NCBI GenBank assembly: GCA_040755615.1
Contig: JBFMAL010000009.1
Coordinates: 3,155 to 67,154, forward strand
DNA from: Bacillota bacterium
GTDB taxonomy: Bacteria; Bacillota; Sulfobacillia; DUSP01; DYEP01
Direction: 5' to 3'
Length of the DNA: 64,000 nucleotides
The position numbers were made by a program, and so were the translations under genes. A model generated the notes under the pieces. The model saw only the letters and a list, made by a program, of their open reading frames with translations. It did not search any database and was not told where the DNA came from. Below are positions 48,713 through 56,317 of the stretch, piece by piece; position 1 is the first letter of the stretch, and the number at the start of each line of letters is the position of its first letter.

Positions 48713-49906
48713 TTATGCCCTAAGCACCCGGGCTATTCTCTCCGTTGCCCAGTCCATTTCCTCTTCGGAGATGATAAGAGGCGGAGCAAACCGGATGATG
48801 TTGTAGTGCGTCTCCTTGGCGAGCACTCCCGCCTCCATAAGTCTTTCGCAGTACGGGCGCGCATCCGTATCCAGCTCCACTCCGAGGAGCAGGCCCCTGC
48901 CACGTATCTCCCTGATATGCGGATTCTGGATGGCCAACAGCCTCTCTTTAAACAGCTGGCCCATCTTGAGGGATCTCTCCACCAGGTTTTCCTCAATGAT
49001 CACCTCGATCGCCGCGACGCCCACCGCTGCAGCCAGCGGGTTGCCGCCGAAGGTAGAGCCGTGGGAACCGGGTTCAAATACGCCGAGAATATCGTCGTCG
49101 GCGGCGACTGCCGATACAGGATACACCCCTCCGCCGAGCGCTTTACCCATCACATAGACGTCGGGTTTGACGCCTTCCCAGTCGCAGGCGAACATCTTGC
49201 CGGTGCGTCCAAACCCGGTCTGTATCTCGTCCGCGACAAACAGTACGTTGTTCTGCTTGCACAGCTCGTATGCCTCCCGCAGGTAGCCCTCGGGCGGTAT
49301 CCTGATGCCAGCTTCGCCTTGGATGGGCTCTACCAGGAACGCCGCAGTGTTCTCGTTAATGGCCCCTCTTAAGGCCTCTATGTCGCCGTAGGGTACAACG
49401 CGGAATCCCGGGGTGAACGGTCCATATCCTCTTCTGTAGGCTTCTTCAGACGAGAAGGAGACGATGGTCACCGTGCGGCCGTGGAAATTACCCTCGCAAG
49501 CGATGATTTCCGCTCTGTCCTCGGGCACTTTCTTCGTCCTGTAGGCCCAGCGCCTGACAGCCTTTATCGCCGTCTCCACCGCCTCGGCGCCGGTGTTCAT
49601 CGGGAGCACTTTCTCCTTACCGGTCACCTCCGCCACTTTGGCATAAAACAGGCCGAGTTTGTCATTGTGGAACGCCCGCGATGTCACGGTAACCCTGTCT
49701 GCCTGCTCCTTGAGAGCGGAGATGATCCGGGGGTGCCTGTGCCCCTGGTTCAGTGCGGAGTATGCGCTGAGCATGTCCATGTATCTCCGGCCTTCGGGAT
49801 CCTCTACCCAAACCCCCTCTGCCTTGGAGATCACAATCGGCAGGGGATTGTAGTTGCGCGCACCATATTTCTCTGTAAGTTCAATGATTTGGCGGGTACT
49901 TGTCAT
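48713..49906 (-). CDS. ornithine/acetylornithine-family class-III aminotransferase
   Basis: Class-III PLP aminotransferase motifs ([22 protein letters not shown]). Closest in overall pattern to ornithine--oxo-acid transaminase. Confidence 0.8.
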   Translation of the reverse strand: MTSTRQIIELTEKYGARNYNPLPIVISKAEGVWVEDPEGRRYMDMLSAYSALNQGHRHPRIISALKEQADRVTVTSRAFHNDKLGLFYAKVAEVTGKEKVLPMNTGAEAVETAIKAVRRWAYRTKKVPEDRAEIIACEGNFHGRTVTIVSFSSEEAYRRGYGPFTPGFRVVPYGDIEALRGAINENTAAFLVEPIQGEAGIRIPPEGYLREAYELCKQNNVLFVADEIQTGFGRTGKMFACDWEGVKPDVYVMGKALGGGVYPVSAVAADDDILGVFEPGSHGSTFGGNPLAAAVGVAAIEVIIEENLVERSLKMGQLFKERLLAIQNPHIREIRGRGLLLGVELDTDARPYCERLMEAGVLAKETHYNIIRFAPPLIISEEEMDWATERIARVLRA

Positions 49907-50081
49907 CGTCGGCTACCTCCTTTGGTTTCTTGTTGCCTCATCCAGCATGGTCCATGACGGTTCCGCGAGGTACGGCACAAAGCCAAAACCACTATCCATC
50001 TTTGTATATTCTGGGTCCGAGCACGTTTTTCCTTTGTGCGAGCAACACTTTTGGATACTGGCAGACAACCAAATGGAGGGT

Positions 50082-51260
50082 TCAGGAGCGCTGCGGTTCG
50101 GGAAGTGGGTGAGTCTCACCGGCGCGCTCAACGGCCGCCCGGGCTGCAACTGGCCCCACAAACTCGTAGAACAGCACCGAGGCCAGAAGCAACGTGGTAA
50201 TGACGGCTCCTACCTCGGGAAACTTCTGCTGTACCGTGAGCGCGAGCCCAACGCCCACGCCGGCCTGCGGGAACAGCCCGAGCCCCATGTTCTGGCTTAC
50301 CGATGCAGGCAGTTGAAGGAGTCTGCCGCCCAGGTACGCGCCGGTGACCTTACCCAGCGCCCTGGACAGGATGTAAACAAAGCCTGCCAGCCCCACCCGC
50401 GGTAGTATACGCACGTCAAGTTCTGCGCCTGCCACCACAAAAAAGGCGACCAGGAGCGCCTGGGCCATCTCTTCCATGTCGCGGGGGACCCGCTTCCTGG
50501 CTCCAGGCCAGTTGGACATCACCATCCCCAGGGCCATTGCGGATAGAAGCGGAGACAAGTCGAGCGCCAGAGAGAGTCCAACCGTGAGCGAAATGGACGC
50601 AAGGTTCGCCGTGATCAGTTCCCCCCTGTCCCTCATGTCAGAAGTCAGGAGCACAAGCGCAGTCCCGACGAATGCGCCAAGGGCAATGGACCAAAACACT
50701 TCGACAAGGGGAGGAATGAAAATGGAAAGCCCCGCTACGGTACCCCGAAACAGGGACCTCGATAGGGAGAGGATAAAACCGAAGAACAATATGGCTATCA
50801 CATCACCGATGCCCACCAGCACCAGCAGCTTGTCAGTAAATGGTCCATGCGCATGGTACTCCTTGGCGATAGCGAATATGGTGGCGGGGGACGCCGCGAT
50901 GGCTAGGGCGCCCAGGATGAGGGCAACAGGCAGCACGATGCCAGCCAGCGAAAGACCGGCCACCACTGCGGTCGCGGTCACCAGCCCCTGAAACAGGGCG
51001 AGCGCGAGGACCCTCGTATTCTTCCTGAGCAGCACCACCTCAAATTCGCTTCCGACAGAAAACGCGACAAATCCCAGCGCAAACATGGTAAGCGGCCGGA
51101 GCAGCACCAGCGTCTCCTCGGATAGCACTCCGAGCCACGACGGGCCTGCCAAAAGTCCTACTAGCAGGTAGCCCGTGACCGAGGGCAGCCCGAGCCTCCT
51201 CAGGAGCACAGATCCCGCCAGCCCGGCAAAGAGTATCGCACCGAGCAGTACGAGGTTCAT
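50082..51260 (-). CDS. cation:proton antiporter family membrane transporter
   Basis: About 12 predicted TM helices, CPA-type N-terminus (LLGAILFAGLAGSVLLRRLGLPSVTGYLLVGLLAGP). Confidence 0.75.
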   Translation of the reverse strand: MNLVLLGAILFAGLAGSVLLRRLGLPSVTGYLLVGLLAGPSWLGVLSEETLVLLRPLTMFALGFVAFSVGSEFEVVLLRKNTRVLALALFQGLVTATAVVAGLSLAGIVLPVALILGALAIAASPATIFAIAKEYHAHGPFTDKLLVLVGIGDVIAILFFGFILSLSRSLFRGTVAGLSIFIPPLVEVFWSIALGAFVGTALVLLTSDMRDRGELITANLASISLTVGLSLALDLSPLLSAMALGMVMSNWPGARKRVPRDMEEMAQALLVAFFVVAGAELDVRILPRVGLAGFVYILSRALGKVTGAYLGGRLLQLPASVSQNMGLGLFPQAGVGVGLALTVQQKFPEVGAVITTLLLASVLFYEFVGPVAARAAVERAGETHPLPEPQRS

Positions 51261-51604
51261 CGGGCTTCACCCCCGAACGCCCCTCCTATCACTTCATCCA
51301 CGGGAATACTGAACAGGAGGCCCGTCCCGGGCCTTTCAAAGTGTTCCATCACTTCCGCAACAGCGGCCATGGCGCGCCGTATGACCCCGTCCTCTGCCAG
51401 GGCGATAAGGGTGGTGTTATGGGACCTGTTCCTTCGCATCAGCCGCCTAAGCCCCACCAGCACCGGCCCTGCGCCGCTATGCCCTCCCCGCCCTACCCCT
51501 GCGCTCTCTACCACAGTGACCCCGGCGACCCCTGATGCATGCAACGCCTCGATCACTTCGTCAAGCCGCTCGCTGCTGTTTACTACGATGAACAGTGCCT
51601 TCAA
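51257..51604 (-). CDS. P-II-like signal-transduction protein (GlnB-fold) adjacent to the antiporter
   Basis: GlnB-like pattern ALFIVVNSSERLDEVIEALHASGVAGVTVVESAGVGRGGH. Start uncertain (TTG at 51604 or GTG at 51613); 4-nt overlap with the antiporter. Confidence 0.5.
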   Translation of the reverse strand: MKALFIVVNSSERLDEVIEALHASGVAGVTVVESAGVGRGGHSGAGPVLVGLRRLMRRNRSHNTTLIALAEDGVIRRAMAAVAEVMEHFERPGTGLLFSIPVDEVIGGAFGGEAR

Positions 51605-51644
51605 ATGAATCACCCCGGGGTTATTCTTCCCCGGGGCGCTGTCA

Positions 51645-52049
51645 TCACTCAAGCCACTCCAGGACTTCCTCAATCGGTGCGTCCCACGCTGCGCGGGACG
51701 CTTCTTTCTCTCCCAATTCCTGCACCATCGTCTGAAAGCGCTTTCTCGCCTCCGGCTTGACCCGGACCCGCACTCGCCTATCCTGCCAGAAGAACTCCGC
51801 CTCGGGAACGCCGTCCTCGACGGCCTTGATGTTCCCCTTGCCGAAAGTGCAGCCGGTGCCCAGCTGAATCCCGTCGTTCAAACAAGATACCGGCGGTGTG
51901 GTGCCCGCTTTAGAGAGCACGCGCGGCCCGAAATACCGGGGAGCGCCCAGCCTGTCTATGGCCGCTTGTCCCATTCTGTATCCGAGTACGACGAAGGGAC
52001 CGAGGTGGCCGTGGAAGCGTTCCACTTCATCTATTGTCCACGCGCTCAT
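51645..52049 (-). CDS. FmdE-domain protein (formylmethanofuran dehydrogenase subunit E-like, no zinc ribbon)
   Basis: FHGHLGPFVVLGYRMG and C..DG.QLGTGCTFGKGN FmdE signature. Confidence 0.65.
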   Translation of the reverse strand: MSAWTIDEVERFHGHLGPFVVLGYRMGQAAIDRLGAPRYFGPRVLSKAGTTPPVSCLNDGIQLGTGCTFGKGNIKAVEDGVPEAEFFWQDRRVRVRVKPEARKRFQTMVQELGEKEASRAAWDAPIEEVLEWLE

Positions 52050-52639
52050 CTTGCGTTCTCTCCTCTTACGTATCTTAAAGCGTGTGACTTCTCCACAAGG
52101 TACACCAGGCCGGGTATGAGCACCACTTGCAGCAGCACGCCAGGCAGCCCAGACACAAGTCCCGCTGTGATTGGATACAGAATTGGCACCCGGCTGATCC
52201 CAAACAGGGGCAGCACCAGGTAAGCCACTGTGCCGTAGGCAAGCCTGCCTGCCAGGGCCACAATAGTTACAACAAAGAAGGGGTTCAACCTGAACCTCGA
52301 ATAAAGAAGGCCTGCTAATCCCCCATAGATCGCGAGTTCGAACACCATGCCCTGGGCTACCGGCGGCATAAGCGGCGGCATACCCGTGAGCAGCGCTGAC
52401 AACATGGGCGTCACCGCGCCGACCGCAAGCCCCACTTCCGGGCCCACCAGCATACCCCCGAGAATCACGGGGATGTGCATAGGCAAGAATACCTTGCCCA
52501 GCCCAACCATGTGAAACGAAATAGGCAACAGGATCCCAAGCGCCACGAAGAGAGCCGTCAGTATCAGTTTTCGTGTGGTCTTCAAACTAGTACCTCCCTT
52601 TTCATCCGGCGCTGCTGGTCTCCAGCGCAGGAAGGCCAC
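52046..52639 (-). CDS. ECF-transporter S-component-like small membrane protein
   Basis: 197 aa, about 6 TM helices, Gly/Pro-rich helices typical of ECF substrate-capture proteins. Substrate not assignable. Confidence 0.45.
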   Translation of the reverse strand: MAFLRWRPAAPDEKGGTSLKTTRKLILTALFVALGILLPISFHMVGLGKVFLPMHIPVILGGMLVGPEVGLAVGAVTPMLSALLTGMPPLMPPVAQGMVFELAIYGGLAGLLYSRFRLNPFFVVTIVALAGRLAYGTVAYLVLPLFGISRVPILYPITAGLVSGLPGVLLQVVLIPGLVYLVEKSHALRYVRGENAR

Positions 52640-52713
52640 AGCCAGACCGGCCGCAGCCCTCCGTTTGACGGATTGATCCGCCGTTTCCCCACTATGTGCT
52701 GCAGGTCAGCTCT

Positions 52714-52902
52714 TTACCTGCTCTCAAGAATGATCCTGTGATCGACCAACCTCAGTTCTTTTATGTGTGCTTTCAGTCTTTTTTGTTCACCGAAAATGCT
52801 CTCAAGGTAGACCTCGTCGCCCTCTGGCCTCAGTACGTCCACCGATTCCATCACAAGCTCTTCCTTGCCATCGCGGACGACGTACGCGTTGGACTCGCAC
52901 AT
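52714..52902 (-). CDS. cooT: CooT-family small nickel-binding protein
   Basis: 62-aa protein starting MCESNAYV with Cys2, the hallmark of the CooT family. Confidence 0.55.
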   Translation of the reverse strand: MCESNAYVVRDGKEELVMESVDVLRPEGDEVYLESIFGEQKRLKAHIKELRLVDHRIILESR

Positions 52903-52905
52903 GTC

Positions 52906-53316
52906 TCATGCCTCCATCTTCTGGATCTGTGCAACTAGCATATCGATTAAGTGTGGAAGCGGCTCATCAGGGGTCCCGGCCACCCAGACTCCGGATCGGT
53001 TCAGGGGGAGCAGGTACTTCTTCGCCTTGGATTCGCCCACCGCCTTCACCATACGTACGGTGACCTCGCCCATCATTGAGTTGGCCAAGAGGATGGAGAG
53101 GGTCCCCACTATCACGTCCACTTCAAAGCAGGAGTGACATATGGCGTTCTCACCCGTGCCTCCCATGTTCGCTCCGGCCTTCATCATAGCCGATGTAGCA
53201 TGGGCATTCGTGCCCAGCGCCCACACTTCTGTGCCTTCAGGCATCGCCTTTCTTATCTTTTCCACGAGCCGTGCCCCTATTCCTCCTCCCTGACCGTCGA
53301 TCACCGCGATCCTCAT
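52906..53316 (-). CDS. conserved hypothetical protein (GGGIG-motif family; DUF3842-like from memory)
   Basis: MRIAVIDGQGGGIGARLVEKI start with 4-nt ATGA overlap to lgt. The track ORF is extended to 53520 without support. Confidence 0.45.
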   Translation of the reverse strand: MRIAVIDGQGGGIGARLVEKIRKAMPEGTEVWALGTNAHATSAMMKAGANMGGTGENAICHSCFEVDVIVGTLSILLANSMMGEVTVRMVKAVGESKAKKYLLPLNRSGVWVAGTPDEPLPHLIDMLVAQIQKMEA

Positions 53317-54050
53317 TGTCCAGCCCTTCCTTTCGCGTAAACCGATATGGCCAGCGCAATCCCTATGATAAACAGACTGCCGAGCTGCGCGACACTCAAG
53401 AACGGTGTGAGCCGCCACACTTCCCGGAATGACTCCACGATGATGCGCACTACTGAGTATCCTATGAGGAAGTACACGAATTGCTGCCCCGGGTAGGCTG
53501 TGCGTGTTCTTCGGAGCCACAGGAACACAAAAAGTCCGAACGAAAGCAGCATCTCATAAAGCTGTGTCGGATGCCTAAGTCCCGCAACGTACCTCGTGGC
53601 AACCGCCCAAGGAAGATCCGTGGGCAGGCCGTAACAGCAGCCATTCAGGAAACAACCGATCCTCGCGATGGCAATCGCCAGTGCGATGGCAGGGCTTACC
53701 AGGTCTGCAAGAGTGAAGAAGGAGATCTTATACTTCCTCGTAAACCAGATGCCCATAAGTACTCCGGCGGCGAGTCCGCCGTGGAGCGAGAGGCCCCCTT
53801 CGTACACCACCAGGATCTGCCTCGGATTGGCGAGGTAAGTCCTCCAGTCAAACAGGACAAACAGGAGCCTTGATCCGATCACCCCTGCGATCAGGCTGTA
53901 GAACGAAAGGTCAATGATAGCTTCGGGCTTTACGCCTAACCTCGGGGCGTCCCTGGCAGCCACCAACGTGGCTGCCAGGAACCCCAATCCCAGCATGAGC
54001 CCGTAGCTGTACACGTTCAGAGGGCCGAACCGAAATAGTACGGGGAACAT
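53313..54050 (-). CDS. lgt: prolipoprotein diacylglyceryl transferase
   Basis: Lgt signature (YGLMLGLGFLAA, H-103/Y-235-like conserved residues, G-rich Lgt motif GLRHPTQLYE). Confidence 0.85.
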   Translation of the reverse strand: MFPVLFRFGPLNVYSYGLMLGLGFLAATLVAARDAPRLGVKPEAIIDLSFYSLIAGVIGSRLLFVLFDWRTYLANPRQILVVYEGGLSLHGGLAAGVLMGIWFTRKYKISFFTLADLVSPAIALAIAIARIGCFLNGCCYGLPTDLPWAVATRYVAGLRHPTQLYEMLLSFGLFVFLWLRRTRTAYPGQQFVYFLIGYSVVRIIVESFREVWRLTPFLSVAQLGSLFIIGIALAISVYAKGRAGQ

Positions 54051-54066
54051 TGAGCCGCCTCCCGCC

Positions 54067-54393
54067 CTATATCTTGGCGTCTATGTGACGTTTGATCTCT
54101 TCCTTCGGCATGTACCCTATAAGCCTTTCGGTCGGCTTTCCATCCTTGAACAGTATGAGCGTAGGTATGCTCATGACCCCGTACCTGGAAGCCGTCAACT
54201 GGTTTTCGTCTACGTTCAGTTTGGCCACTTTCAAGTTGTCCGCATACTCCGAGGCGATCTCCTCGATAACGGGGGCGATGCTACGGCAGGGGCCGCACCA
54301 GGGCGCCCAGAAATCCACCAACACCGCTTTTTCAGACTTGAGTACATCCTGCTCGAAACTGCTGTCCGTCACCTTCACTACGTTTTCGCTCAC
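54067..54393 (-). CDS. trxA: thioredoxin
   Basis: WAPWCGPCR active site. 108 aa. Confidence 0.9.
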   Translation of the reverse strand: MSENVVKVTDSSFEQDVLKSEKAVLVDFWAPWCGPCRSIAPVIEEIASEYADNLKVAKLNVDENQLTASRYGVMSIPTLILFKDGKPTERLIGYMPKEEIKRHIDAKI

Positions 54394-54408
54394 AAAAGAT
54401 CCCTCCCG

Positions 54409-54720
54409 CTATTTCATGAACCGCTTGAGCACCTGTACCAGCTCATTTATGGCTTCGTCCACCCTGTCGTTCTTGAACGCTTGAGCGACGCAACCTCGCG
54501 TGTGGTTTTCAAGGATGGTCAACGCCACTTTGCTAAGGGCCGCCCTGGCGGCGGAAACCTGGATGAGCACATCAACACAATACCTGTCGTCTTCAATCAT
54601 GCGCTGGATTCCCCTGACCTGACCCTCGATCTTGCGGAGCCTTTCGAGGAGCTCGGCACGGCTTTTCGCCACCGACCCCCGCGGGGGACCTGTGTGCAGT
54701 TCATCGTGCAACATACCCAC
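54409..54720 (-). CDS. csoR: CsoR/RcnR-family metal(loid)/persulfide-sensing repressor, CsoR-like C-H-C ligand set
   Basis: RLRKIEGQVRGIQRMIEDDRYCVDVLIQVSAARAA ... ENHTRGC closely parallels B. subtilis CsoR, including the Cys/His/Cys positions. Confidence 0.75.
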   Translation of the reverse strand: MGMLHDELHTGPPRGSVAKSRAELLERLRKIEGQVRGIQRMIEDDRYCVDVLIQVSAARAALSKVALTILENHTRGCVAQAFKNDRVDEAINELVQVLKRFMK

Positions 54721-54770
54721 CCCTTCGCCAGATTGCCTCTTCGATATTTCACTTTTCTCCAGCCGTATTG

Positions 54771-54784
54771 CATACCCAGGTATG
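54771..54784. promoter_or_regulatory. candidate CsoR operator (CATACC-ca-GGTATG inverted repeat) in the csoR upstream region
   Basis: 6-bp arms with 2-nt spacer, ATACC/GGTAT arms like known CsoR boxes. 50-63 nt upstream of the csoR start. Confidence 0.5.
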
Positions 54785-54797
54785 GTACATATCCATC

Positions 54798-55697
54798 CTA
54801 AACCGGCCCGGCGTTCTTGTCAATATGCTGTTGCATATAATGCCCAAAAGACAAGTGCTCTAAGAGAGCCAAGTAGTCTTCGCGCCGGGGTACCCTCCCT
54901 AGTATGGCGACGAGCACGGCTTCCAACACGTTGGCGGCCAGCGACATGCCCTCAAGCTTGTTCATGGCGATCGCCCGGCCTTTCCTGCTCTCTATGAGCT
55001 TTTCGTCGGCCGGTCTGAGCGATGCAGATATGACTGTAACGCCGTCAAGGCGTGACGGCATGCGTCTTCTGAGCAGATGGATGTCTCCCACAATATATGA
55101 AAAACCGCGAATGCCTGGGGTATTCCCAGCTGTCGTCTGGTCCCTCAGTGGATAAAGGAGCCTCAGGGGAATCCTGGATAGCAGCGGCATGGTGACCCTG
55201 GCCAGGGCTGTGAACGCCGAAATGGGCAGCACTAGCGGTACGCCCAGCGCGAACAGCGGGTCGCCCGCCCAGACGTCCGCTCCGAGCGCTCGCATCCGGA
55301 GAGCGGAGTCGTATCTGTCAAGCACCGACACGAACAGCACGCGATGTCCCCTTACGTCTATCTCTCCGCTTGCCTGCATGTGGCAGATGATCTCTGGCTC
55401 GATATACCTCTTCACTCCGGAACCGTCTACCACGGGCGTACGCTCAGCGCACGCAAGAGCGGCCGCGCCCGGCACCGGGTATTTCCTCTCGCCCAACCGG
55501 TAGTAGTAGTTCACCCCGCCGAGGGAGATGCACGAGACCTTGCCGTCATACTGCCTCACAAGGGCTTTAGCCAGGCCCAGGTCCCCCGCCGTGCCCACCC
55601 TTTTTATGCGCACGCGCTCACCCAGCACGCCTACTATCACGTCAAAGTCTCGTTCGGGCGCACCCAAGGATACCTCGATTACTTCGCGCTCACTCAT
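54798..55697 (-). CDS. conserved hypothetical protein
   Basis: Long ORF with consistent codon usage. No motif recognised. Start uncertain: ATG 55697 chosen, track start 55775. Confidence 0.35.
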   Translation of the reverse strand: MSEREVIEVSLGAPERDFDVIVGVLGERVRIKRVGTAGDLGLAKALVRQYDGKVSCISLGGVNYYYRLGERKYPVPGAAALACAERTPVVDGSGVKRYIEPEIICHMQASGEIDVRGHRVLFVSVLDRYDSALRMRALGADVWAGDPLFALGVPLVLPISAFTALARVTMPLLSRIPLRLLYPLRDQTTAGNTPGIRGFSYIVGDIHLLRRRMPSRLDGVTVISASLRPADEKLIESRKGRAIAMNKLEGMSLAANVLEAVLVAILGRVPRREDYLALLEHLSFGHYMQQHIDKNAGPV

Positions 55698-56295
55698 GTA
55701 AGGTGTCTCCAGACGGGCCCGCCATGAAAAGACCCATCGTGAACGCCAAGGTAGTAATAACAGAGAATGCGGCAACGTAAGGCAAAAGCCCTGGGCTCGG
55801 GAGAGCAGGGTGTGTACCTATCACGTAGTCCATGAAATCATTAAACAAAAACCACGACCCCCCTAGGAGCACGTAAGCCCGGCCCGGCCTCCAGTACCTG
55901 GCGAACAGAAGCGCCTGGACGAACATACCACCGTGGGACAGCATGAGGTGCACGTTTTCGAAATCGTACACCCGCCCGACAAAGAAATGCTGGCCTATGA
56001 CGAATACGGTCCACAGCCCATACTTCGCCGAGGAGATCAACGCGTAGGCCAGAAGCAGGGGCCATCGTCTCCCGGCACGCAGCGAGAGGAGCAGCACACC
56101 GAAGGACAGCACAGCAAGTGGCGAGTCGGGTATCACCGGCCACAGCACTGGCGAGCTGCTCGCCAGCTGCTGCGCGTACCACGAAAACCCATATACCGCC
56201 CCGCCCAGGTTCAGGATGATCAGCGGGAGGTACCACCGGGGATTCTCTGGGATTGTAATTATATGGTCAAGCATGCGTCTCATACGACTCACCAC
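55690..56295 (-). CDS. integral membrane protein (DUF1405-like)
   Basis: About 5 TM helices. Weak recollection of similarity to the YpjA/DUF1405 family. Confidence 0.4.
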   Translation of the reverse strand: MVSRMRRMLDHIITIPENPRWYLPLIILNLGGAVYGFSWYAQQLASSSPVLWPVIPDSPLAVLSFGVLLLSLRAGRRWPLLLAYALISSAKYGLWTVFVIGQHFFVGRVYDFENVHLMLSHGGMFVQALLFARYWRPGRAYVLLGGSWFLFNDFMDYVIGTHPALPSPGLLPYVAAFSVITTLAFTMGLFMAGPSGDTLHE

Positions 56296-56317
56296 GCCCT
56301 CTTCAGGATAACCGCTC

